A stretch of DNA of 64,000 nt. It comes from Longimicrobiales bacterium (GTDB taxonomy: Bacteria > Gemmatimonadota > Gemmatimonadetes > Longimicrobiales > Gaopeijiaceae). Shown here piece after piece: positions 41,198-49,484 of the stretch. The DNA is taken from NCBI GenBank assembly GCA_965202985.1, contig CBDBCF010000001.1, positions 2,176,001-2,240,000 of the forward strand, given 5' to 3'. The position numbers were made by a program, and so were the translations under genes. Under the pieces are notes generated by a model. The model had not been told where the DNA came from, made no database searches, and was given only the letters and a program-made list of their open reading frames with translations. How positions within the stretch are numbered: the first letter of the stretch is position 1; each line of letters begins with the position of its first letter.

Positions 41198-44100
41198 CTA
41201 GTCGGATCCGGAGGCGGCCCGCCACGCTTCGACGCGGCCTTGGGCCGTAAAGACCAGCAATCGCTCGTGGACCGGCTCGCCGGTGATCTGCTCCCAGCAC
41301 TCGGCGTACAGATCCACTTGGGTGCGGTACGCGGGAAGCCGCTTGTGAGAGTCGGGGTCCTCTCCCGTGTCCGTCTTGTAATCGGCGACTACCCAACCGT
41401 CGCCGTCCCTGAACACGAGGTCGATGACTCCCTCCAGGATGTCGCCGGAAACGGGAGACTCGGCCGTGCGAACGATCGAGGAAGCGGCGGTGGGGCGGTG
41501 GACGGCGATGGGGACCTCCGCGTACCGTTCTGGACTGGCCATGGCCCGGCGCCAGACCTCGGAGTCCAACACGGCGACGGTCGCGGCCATCAGGGCGTCG
41601 AGTTCGCGAGGGTCCCCGCGTTCGTCGACGGGGCGGTCGTGCTTCACCAGCAGGTGACGGGCCCGCTGACGCAGTCGGTCGTCGGGCTCGCCCCGGCTCG
41701 CCGCCATCAGCATGTGGTGAACGACGCCCCCCCATTCGTAGCCGCCCTCCAGCGGCCGCAACTCGGTGGTGCGGAAGACGGTCTCCTCGACAACCGCCGA
41801 CTCGACACCGGCCTCCGTCCCGGAAGCTCCGTCCCGCGTCGTCGACGCCTTTGACGGGGCTCCGTCGTCCGCCTTTGTGCGCTGGGTCACGGTTTCCACC
41901 ACGTAGCTGGGTTCGCCGGCATCCCCGACCGCGGCCTTCGCGGCTTTCGCGCACGAGACCAAGTCGCCTTTGTCGTCGAAGACGAGGCTCGCTGGCCGCT
42001 CTTCCCGCGGCACCTCCTCAACCCAAGTCGCGGGCGCGTCGTCGTCCTTGGCAGCCTCCTTGATCCATCGCTCGACTGGCTGCCACGGCGACGTGCTGTT
42101 CTTCCCCAGGCCAGTGCAACGCGAGACCCACAGTTCGTCTCGGGCGCGAGTGGCGGCGACGTACAGCAGGCGCGTCTTTTCCGCGTTCTCGAAGTCGGTC
42201 TCGACCTCCTGGTCTTTGTCCCAGGACAACGGCCGCGCAATGATTTCGTCGCTCCATCCCAGGGATTGCGCGACCAGCACGGAACCTCGCGGGACGCCGT
42301 CTTCGCCCCTGGAAACGTGCATCCGTGGGGGCCAGTCCTTCTTCCCGAAGGGCGCGGCCAAGAAGACCACCTTGGCTTCGAGCCCCTTGGCCCGGTGCAG
42401 GTTCATGACGCGCACGGCGTCGCTCCGCCCCGGGACGAGCGAGACTTCGGCGTCTTCCCAGTCGAGCGCCGCTTCCATGGCGTCGACGGCGCCGGTCAGC
42501 GACGGATCGCCGGCCAAGACTCGCGCCCGAACCGCGTCGAGCAGGTAGACCAGCGCTCCCGCCCGCATTTGTCCTAGGTCGGCGGCCGCCGCCAACGGGA
42601 AGACTCCCGTCTCGTCCGCAAGCCGTTCGGCCGTCACGTCGGCCGGCTCCCTGCGGGCGCGGCGCCACCACTCGTGCAATGTACCGATAGCTTCGGCCGC
42701 CGGGCCGCAAGTCCATGCGGGCGGAGGCCGGTTGACCTTGAACGGCGGGCGTCGCGTCTGCCCATCTTCGCGCTGGTTCCTGTACTCCGCCAGCTCGTCC
42801 AGGGCGATTCCGAAGAAAGGTCCGGCCAGAACGCCGAGCACATGCACCTCGTGTTCCGGATCCGCAAGGCACCTGAGCAAGAGCACGAACGCGGAAAGCT
42901 TGCCGGCAAACTCCGCCGCGGCGCGCGCTCCGGACACCTCGACAGGAATGTTCCATTCTTCCAAAACGCGTGCGTACTCGGGCAGGTGCAACCGCTCGCG
43001 CGTCAAGATCATGAAGTCGCCGGGCTTGCGGGCTCCCGACTCGATCTGCCGGGCAATGCTAGCCGCGACGATCCGCGCGTCGTCCGCAACAACCTGGCCC
43101 TGGTTGCGGCCCCTCGCTTCGTAGCAGAAGACATGTCCTTTCCCGTCCTTGGCGGGGTCCCGCCACGCGCACAAAGGAGCAAACGCGGCCTGGCCTCTGG
43201 TTGCATCGGCGGGGAACATGTCCTCGCTTTGGAAGACGCCCGCCACGACGTCTTCGATGCAGCTCAGCGAACGGAAGTTGGCCTCCAGCCCGACGACGCA
43301 ACCGAACGTCCGGAACCGCTTCTTGACGAACTCGTACAGGGAAATGTCCGCCCGCCTGAAGCGATAGATGCTCTGCTTGGGATCTCCGACGACGAAGAGG
43401 GCGCCGCGCCGGGGCGTCGCCGTTCGCCAGTCCGCAGACGCGGCGTCACCGGCGTCGGCCCCGAGGTCGCCTTGGTCGACAACGGAGTCGCCGTCGGCAG
43501 CGGGGTCGCTGGCCAGCAGAAACAGAATCTCGGCCTGCAACGGGTCCGTGTCTTGAAACTCGTCCACGAGGAGGCGCTTGTAGCGGGCACCCAGCTCGCG
43601 GCGGGCGCGGGGGTTCTCCCGGAGCAGCTCGGCGGCCAGCACCAAGTCGTCCTGGTACATCAGGAGGCCCGTGTCCTTGCGCTCTTGGGCGAATTCGCGG
43701 GCTGCGGCGCGGGCGAACCGAACCGCGAAGGGGTACCGATGTGCCCACCACGATTCCACGAGTCGACAAGCCCTGCTGCCTTCTTCGGCGAACGTCTCGA
43801 ACTCAGCGGCCAGCGCCTTGGCCGCCACGCCGTTCGGCCAGCGGTTCTGCGTGAGCTTGCAACGCTTCTTGTAGACTCTGGCCAGCGCGTCGAAGAGCAC
43901 GATCCGGTTGTTCCAGCCATGGGCCTTCCGCCAGTAGAGGAGCGTGCGAACGCGACTTGCGAAGCCGTCCCAGCCCTTCTCCGGTTCTTGATCCGGCAGC
44001 AGCTCGTTGGCCCGGTCCAGGAGGGCGTCGAACTGCGCGCGCACGACCGCGACCTCGCCGGTGTCCGGCGGGGGCGGGTCCCCGGTCGCCGCACTGAAGT

Positions 44101-44704
44101 CCACGTCGGGGTGCTCGACCAGCGTGTCGAAGAGCTGCCGGAGCTGGTTCTCCGAAATGCCCAGGTTGCGCAGCTCCTTGATCCGGCTGTCGCCCGACGC
44201 GGACAGTCGCTCCAGGAAGCCGGCCCAGAACTTCGTTTGCACATCCCGAGCTTCGGCATCCGTCATCTCTCGAAACGACGGGTCCAGTCCCGCTTCCAGG
44301 GGTCTCTCCCGAAGCATCTTCGCGCAGAACGAGTGGATCGTGCCCAGAAAGGCCGCATCCAAGTTCTGAATAGCCTCCTCCAGCGCCTCCGCCTCTTCCG
44401 CGTGCGGGGACCCGGCGCCTCCGGGCGGCATCCGGTCCGCCTCGTCGCGCAGCGGCCGCGCCTGCTTCTCGAGCTCGATCTGAAAGCGTTGCCGCAGCTC
44501 CGCGGCGGCCTTGCGCGTGAAGGTGACCGCTGCGATCTCCTCCACCTTGCACCACCGTCCGCGCACCAGCGCCACCATGCGGTCCACCAACGACTGGGTC
44601 TTGCCGGAGCCGGCCCCGGCCTCTACCAAGAGGTTGCTCTCCAGATCCTCTCTGATCTTTGTGCGAAACCGCTCGTCGGGCGGTGGGCGATCTTGGGCGG
44701 TCAA
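41198..44704 (-). CDS. addA: AddA-like UvrD helicase-nuclease
   Basis: VEAGAGSGKT, VTFTRKAAAEL, GTIHSF, LVDEFQDTD, VGDPKQSIYRFR, HRAKGLE, LLYVAATRARD, EGVIDLVF..VADYKT. Confidence 0.9.
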   Translation of the reverse strand: MTAQDRPPPDERFRTKIREDLESNLLVEAGAGSGKTQSLVDRMVALVRGRWCKVEEIAAVTFTRKAAAELRQRFQIELEKQARPLRDEADRMPPGGAGSPHAEEAEALEEAIQNLDAAFLGTIHSFCAKMLRERPLEAGLDPSFREMTDAEARDVQTKFWAGFLERLSASGDSRIKELRNLGISENQLRQLFDTLVEHPDVDFSAATGDPPPPDTGEVAVVRAQFDALLDRANELLPDQEPEKGWDGFASRVRTLLYWRKAHGWNNRIVLFDALARVYKKRCKLTQNRWPNGVAAKALAAEFETFAEEGSRACRLVESWWAHRYPFAVRFARAAAREFAQERKDTGLLMYQDDLVLAAELLRENPRARRELGARYKRLLVDEFQDTDPLQAEILFLLASDPAADGDSVVDQGDLGADAGDAASADWRTATPRRGALFVVGDPKQSIYRFRRADISLYEFVKKRFRTFGCVVGLEANFRSLSCIEDVVAGVFQSEDMFPADATRGQAAFAPLCAWRDPAKDGKGHVFCYEARGRNQGQVVADDARIVAASIARQIESGARKPGDFMILTRERLHLPEYARVLEEWNIPVEVSGARAAAEFAGKLSAFVLLLRCLADPEHEVHVLGVLAGPFFGIALDELAEYRNQREDGQTRRPPFKVNRPPPAWTCGPAAEAIGTLHEWWRRARREPADVTAERLADETGVFPLAAAADLGQMRAGALVYLLDAVRARVLAGDPSLTGAVDAMEAALDWEDAEVSLVPGRSDAVRVMNLHRAKGLEAKVVFLAAPFGKKDWPPRMHVSRGEDGVPRGSVLVAQSLGWSDEIIARPLSWDKDQEVETDFENAEKTRLLYVAATRARDELWVSRCTGLGKNSTSPWQPVERWIKEAAKDDDAPATWVEEVPREERPASLVFDDKGDLVSCAKAAKAAVGDAGEPSYVVETVTQRTKADDGAPSKASTTRDGASGTEAGVESAVVEETVFRTTELRPLEGGYEWGGVVHHMLMAASRGEPDDRLRQRARHLLVKHDRPVDERGDPRELDALMAATVAVLDSEVWRRAMASPERYAEVPIAVHRPTAASSIVRTAESPVSGDILEGVIDLVFRDGDGWVVADYKTDTGEDPDSHKRLPAYRTQVDLYAECWEQITGEPVHERLLVFTAQGRVEAWRAASGSD

Positions 44705-47700
44705 GGCGTGCTGCCCCGTGCGTCGCGCAACACTGCGAGTTCCTCCACATCCGCCTTCTCCCAGTTGCGCTTCGTCCAGTCCGCATAAGGAGAAGACGGC
44801 GGGCCCCGTCGGTGGGATCGCACGGCGCAGGCGGATCCGTAGTCGCAGAACTTGCAGTCGCTCGGGTTGTCCGTGGCCGGGAACCAGCCGTTCGCCAAGC
44901 CTTCCAGCAACCGGGCCACCAATGCGGCCCCGTGTTCCAAGTCGGCGGCGGCGTATCGCCGGGTCGTCGCTTCGCCCTTGCGTGTCGGGTAGTGGTATTC
45001 CATGCGTACGTGGTTTCTGTCTCGGTCGTACAACCGGGCCGCCACTTCGCTGTACAGGAAGTGCTGAAACCGGCGCCCCCCGTCGAAGACGTTCTTTTTC
45101 TTTTCCGTGTCCCAGAGCCGACCGGTCTTGTAGTCGACGACGCGGAGACCTCCATCCACGCCGTCCACGCGGTCGATGGCGCCTCGGACGCGAACCGCCG
45201 TACCGCCGATCTCCAGGGGCTCGTCTTCGAATTCGAACTTCTTTTCAACGTCGAGCCATTGGGGCGGATCGTTGCGGATCACCTGAACGAAGGAGCGCAC
45301 GTCCTCCAGGATGTCCTCTTCCTCCCATTCGCAAACCGTTTGGCTGGGCGACGGCGTGTTGAACAGTTCCCTTTTGCACGCTCGCTGGGCACACTCCAGC
45401 GCGAGCTCGAGAAAGGCCGGGTTGCCCGGGTCCACGTCGCGCTCGCGGGCACGCTCCAGAGTCTCCTGGTACACGCGATGCAGAAGCGCGCCGCGCTCCA
45501 ACGAACCCAGCCATCGGCCCGGGTCGAACTCCGGGTCGTCCGGAGGATAGGCTTCCAGCAAATGGCGAAAGAAGAACCGGCGGGGACATTCGCCCAAGTT
45601 GCCCAAGGAGCTCGCCGAAAACCGATGCACGCCGAATTCGGGCCCCGAAGACAAGAAGCTCGGGTCGAGGAACCCCGTCTGCACGCTGGCCTCCCCTCGG
45701 CGCAGCGCCCGATCCACTTCGATGCCTCGCCCGAGCCGGGGAAGCTCGCGGCCCACGGCGTCCAGGCCATTCCGCAAACGCCCGTCGTCTTCTGCAAGCG
45801 CCCGCAGCCAGACGTCGGAAGCATCCAGGTTCGCCCGAGTTCCAGACTTGGGAACTCTCGATTCGGCCTGACCCAAGAGCTCTTCGAGGTCGTCGAAGCC
45901 CCGCGAATCGTCGTCCCTTAGCAAGCGGTACGCGCAAAGCATCTCCGGCGCCGGCGGCAGAGCCCTGGCCGCTGCGGGGTCCCAGCGGCAGTAGCTCAAG
46001 GCGACATGGCCGCGAAGCCGGGCAAACAGCGCAGCGAACAGAAAGCGCTTCTCCGACGGCCGATCCCTTGCGCGCGACAGGGCTTCCTTGCCCACGCGCC
46101 AGCGTTCGTGGTCCAGCAGGAAGGGGTCTTCGACGACATGGCCGGGAAAGCGCCTGGCATCCATGCCCACCACGAAGGTGTGGGACCGTCCCGTCGCGCC
46201 GCCGTGGTCCAAGTCCGCCAGATGCAAGTGGCCGGGCGCTGCTCCCCAAGGCGCCTTCCCCTTCGCCCGGGGCGCCGACACGCGAAGCCTCAGAAAGCCC
46301 TGGACGATGTGACACGCCCAGGCGAAGTCGGTGGCGCGCGTTTGCGTGGCCTCGATGCGGGTCAGTCGCTCGGTCAATCTCTCGAGAGCCTGGTCGTCGG
46401 TGTCCGTACCCCTTGCGACCCGGCTCAAGAGAGAGAGCACGCCCGTCGCAACCTGGGCCGGTGTCGTCTTGGTCTCGGGGCCGTCCGCCGGCGTCGCCTT
46501 CAACACCGGCCCCAGCAACGCCCGCAGAGCTCTCAGTTCCTCCCGCGCCCCGTCCTTCCGCCGCTCGAACGACTCGTCGCATTCGTGTGGGCGCTGACGC
46601 AGCTTGTCCACGTCGTCCAGTCGGCGCCGCACCTTGTCCATGTACCGGTCGCGCCCCCACCCGATCCGCAAGCTCCGCAACGCCCGGGCAAGGCGCGGTC
46701 CGCGCACGCGCCGGTGTGGTTTTGGGGGCGCCAAGTCCCCCGCTTCCAGCAGCGCCCGCAGGGCCGGCTCCTGAAAGCCCCCTTGGACCCAGCGGAAGTA
46801 GGCCGAAACCACTCGGCCCGGCCTCGTCCGCTCCACCGGCAGCCCGACGGCGAAGGTCGCGGGAATCCCCAGCGACTCGGTCAGCGCGTGAAGCGCCGAA
46901 CCGTAGGTGTCGGGGTCGGGCGTGACGATCTCCACTTGGTCCCATCGGGCGCCCCGCGCAAGCACGCGTCGCAGCACGCCCCGCAGCTCGTCGTAGACCG
47001 ATGCGGCCGAAAAGAGTTCGATGTCAGTGCGCGACAACCCGTCCGCACTCCCGGAATCGGCCGACCGCGCGTGCAGACTGCTGCTGGCAGACTGGGCAGG
47101 CGCTGCGTCCCAGATCAGATGGCCGGGCAAGGGCAGCCCCTCCACGGGGTCGGTCCTAAGCAGCGTTGCGCCCCGCCGCCGGAGGGCTTTCACGAACCGG
47201 CCCGCGAGCCCGCGCTCGGAAAGGCCGGGCACAAGAAAGAAAACGCGATCGTCGACGCCCGGGTCGGCCCGCAACGCGCCCGGGGCGCTGTCCAACGCCT
47301 CCAGGGCCCACTTCAGAATGCGCGCCTCGTCCATCCACTTGTCGTTGCGAAGAAAGGCCTCGTAGTGCGCCAGCACGCGCTTCAAGAACACGCGCTTCTC
47401 CATGTCGTCCATGGCGGCTCGGCCAAGGTCGGCGGCGGTCACGCCTCCCTCGCGAAGCGTCGCGACCGACTTCCGCACCGCGTCTCTGAAGCCCACCTTG
47501 TCCACCAGCTTGGCGAACCGCTCTCCACCCTGCGCCACCGCCTCGTCGATCGCCTCTTCGACGGCCGCTTGCTGGACGAAGAAGTCCGCTACCGCGACGC
47601 CCTCGTTCAGAATGCGCGGCAGTGCGTACTCCAACGCCAAGGGCCCAACCGTGACGACCTCGAACCCCGCCCACGACCGCCCCCGAAGCGCGACTTGGCG

Positions 47701-47907
47701 AAGGTACTCCCGCCCTTCTCCCTTGGTGCGCGCGACCAGGACCTTGCGACGCCGGTCCTCGGGCGCGGCAAGCCGCGCCAGCTCCTGCACCAGCACGCAG
47801 GCGTCGGCCAACTCGGGGCGCCCGTGCCCATTGTCGCCGCGGTCGCGGTCGGGCGCGTCGAAGTCCAGTAGAAGCTGGGTCACGGTGGGCAAGCGGCGGT
47901 TCGGCAC
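44701..47907 (-). CDS. addB: AddB-like PD-(D/E)XK nuclease subunit with Fe-S staple cysteines
   Basis: FSASSL..ECPRRFF, RGALLHRV, VRGAIDRVD..VVDYKTG, CKFCDYGSAC; 4-nt overlap with addA. Confidence 0.85.
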   Translation of the reverse strand: MPNRRLPTVTQLLLDFDAPDRDRGDNGHGRPELADACVLVQELARLAAPEDRRRKVLVARTKGEGREYLRQVALRGRSWAGFEVVTVGPLALEYALPRILNEGVAVADFFVQQAAVEEAIDEAVAQGGERFAKLVDKVGFRDAVRKSVATLREGGVTAADLGRAAMDDMEKRVFLKRVLAHYEAFLRNDKWMDEARILKWALEALDSAPGALRADPGVDDRVFFLVPGLSERGLAGRFVKALRRRGATLLRTDPVEGLPLPGHLIWDAAPAQSASSSLHARSADSGSADGLSRTDIELFSAASVYDELRGVLRRVLARGARWDQVEIVTPDPDTYGSALHALTESLGIPATFAVGLPVERTRPGRVVSAYFRWVQGGFQEPALRALLEAGDLAPPKPHRRVRGPRLARALRSLRIGWGRDRYMDKVRRRLDDVDKLRQRPHECDESFERRKDGAREELRALRALLGPVLKATPADGPETKTTPAQVATGVLSLLSRVARGTDTDDQALERLTERLTRIEATQTRATDFAWACHIVQGFLRLRVSAPRAKGKAPWGAAPGHLHLADLDHGGATGRSHTFVVGMDARRFPGHVVEDPFLLDHERWRVGKEALSRARDRPSEKRFLFAALFARLRGHVALSYCRWDPAAARALPPAPEMLCAYRLLRDDDSRGFDDLEELLGQAESRVPKSGTRANLDASDVWLRALAEDDGRLRNGLDAVGRELPRLGRGIEVDRALRRGEASVQTGFLDPSFLSSGPEFGVHRFSASSLGNLGECPRRFFFRHLLEAYPPDDPEFDPGRWLGSLERGALLHRVYQETLERARERDVDPGNPAFLELALECAQRACKRELFNTPSPSQTVCEWEEEDILEDVRSFVQVIRNDPPQWLDVEKKFEFEDEPLEIGGTAVRVRGAIDRVDGVDGGLRVVDYKTGRLWDTEKKKNVFDGGRRFQHFLYSEVAARLYDRDRNHVRMEYHYPTRKGEATTRRYAAADLEHGAALVARLLEGLANGWFPATDNPSDCKFCDYGSACAVRSHRRGPPSSPYADWTKRNWEKADVEELAVLRDARGSTP

Positions 47908-47920
47908 GCACGCGACGGCA

Positions 47921-47966
47921 AGGGCCGGCCGACCGAGACGATTCCGCCGCCCCGCCGACCGGCCCT
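47921..47966 (-). terminator. GC-rich stem-loop between susD-like gene and addB
   Basis: AGGGCCGGCCGAC (47921-47933) pairs imperfectly with GCCGACCGGCCCT (47954-47966); no clear U-tract. Confidence 0.35.
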
Positions 47967-47985
47967 CAAAGGCCGCGCTAGAACG

Positions 47986-49458
47986 CTACCTGAACGGAGA
48001 CGCGTTGTTCTCGACCAGCACGCGGTTCATGTCCACCCCGATCGTGACGTGCATCTCGACCAGCTGGGCGTCGAGGTCGTCGCTGTCGTAAAGCTCCAGA
48101 GGAGAGTACACGTCCATGGCGTAGAGGGGGTTCAGGGGTATCCAAGAAGGCATCGCCACTTCCGTGCCCGGATCGCCAGGGTCGATCTCCGGGTTCTGGT
48201 CGATCTCGCGCAACATCATCGGAAGCTTGATCCCCAGGTCCGCCAGCCTGCGTCCCTCCAGGAACATGATCTCCTGCCGCGCCAGCCAAAGCGCGTGCCA
48301 AAGGTCCGGGGCGTCGGACAGCTCGGCCACGCTGTCGGCGTTCAGCGAAGTCGCCGACACGGCCGGAATCATAAGCCCTTCCGCAGGCCGATCCAGGACC
48401 AGCCCCGCGCGGTACGGGCTGTCGGCGTCCGAGCGGACAAGGATCTCGGAGTTTCGGGGCCGCAGGCTCAGGTCGCCGTTGCGGCGCTCGTCGCCGTCGT
48501 CGAACTTCACCGAATCGCGAGTTCCAGCCAAGTTGATCGCGTCCACCAAGTGCGCTCGCCCCGCCTCCAAATTCCCCTCGGCCAAATCCACTTCCGCCAA
48601 GATCAAGTGCATCTCCTCGGCTTTGGCCACGGGAATGGCCGTCGCGCGTTCCGTGTACTTCGGGTCCAGGAAGTCGAGCCGTGGAAGCGGTTGCATCTCT
48701 TGAAGAGCGCGAAACACCAGGAACGCTACGGGCGTGTTTTGGATCGTTTGGGCGTCGTACGCTTGGGCCTGCAGGAAGTTGGGGTCCAGGTCGAGCACCT
48801 GTTGAGCCGCCGTCGCGGCCGCCTGCGTGTTGCCCAGCAACCTGTGCGCGCGAGCCTCCCCTGCGCTCGACGCGGCAATGCTGAAGCGCTTCGCCTGCGA
48901 CAGCTGTTGGATCGCCAACTCCAAGGCTGCGGATGCCGGCTGGGCGGGCCCGTCTTCCATGTGAGGGGCGTAGGAGAAGACTTCGCCCATCGTCAGATAG
49001 GCCATCCCCCGGTAGTAGTTGGCTTCGTCCACGAGCGCCGCCGGCGGATTCGGGTCGGTGGGCACGATGTCGTTGAGAACGAAGTCGGACAGCGCCCTCA
49101 GGGACTGGACGCTCCAGTAGACGCCGGACGCTGCAGTTCCGGTTCCGTTGACCAAGTCGGGCGTCACCGCGCTCGGATCGTCCATGTCCTGGTTGATGCC
49201 GGTGCCGTGGATGGAGTAGTTGTCGCTCACCACCTCCGCAGCGGAGACGTAGGCGTTGATCATCCGCGCGAACTGCGCGCGCAGTCCCGGCAGCAACGCC
49301 GCGGTGGGGTCGCTGGCGTTGGCCAAGTCGCTGTCCGTGGTGGTCGGGTTGTTGATCTGCGTGGGATCGATGGCGTCGCAGGCGGACAACGCCCCCATGA
49401 CGGCCAGAGCGGTCGCGGCCAGCCTGTGGCGCGCGCGAGCGTTGATCCGAGTCTTCAT
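47986..49458 (-). CDS. SusD/RagB-like lipoprotein
   Basis: AAGGAG upstream of ATG 49458; lipobox LSAC; YYRGMAYL, EEMHLILAE, RQEIMFLEGRRLADL; directly downstream of SusC. Confidence 0.8.
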   Translation of the reverse strand: MKTRINARARHRLAATALAVMGALSACDAIDPTQINNPTTTDSDLANASDPTAALLPGLRAQFARMINAYVSAAEVVSDNYSIHGTGINQDMDDPSAVTPDLVNGTGTAASGVYWSVQSLRALSDFVLNDIVPTDPNPPAALVDEANYYRGMAYLTMGEVFSYAPHMEDGPAQPASAALELAIQQLSQAKRFSIAASSAGEARAHRLLGNTQAAATAAQQVLDLDPNFLQAQAYDAQTIQNTPVAFLVFRALQEMQPLPRLDFLDPKYTERATAIPVAKAEEMHLILAEVDLAEGNLEAGRAHLVDAINLAGTRDSVKFDDGDERRNGDLSLRPRNSEILVRSDADSPYRAGLVLDRPAEGLMIPAVSATSLNADSVAELSDAPDLWHALWLARQEIMFLEGRRLADLGIKLPMMLREIDQNPEIDPGDPGTEVAMPSWIPLNPLYAMDVYSPLELYDSDDLDAQLVEMHVTIGVDMNRVLVENNASPFR

Positions 49459-49484
49459 CGTATTCCGTCTCCTTGCCGGCCGCA

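Noticed and set aside
41198..47907. Helicase + nuclease pair as a novel defence system or Cas4-related module
   Set aside because: Gene order, sizes, motifs and Fe-S staple match housekeeping AddAB, and GC is typical of the host.
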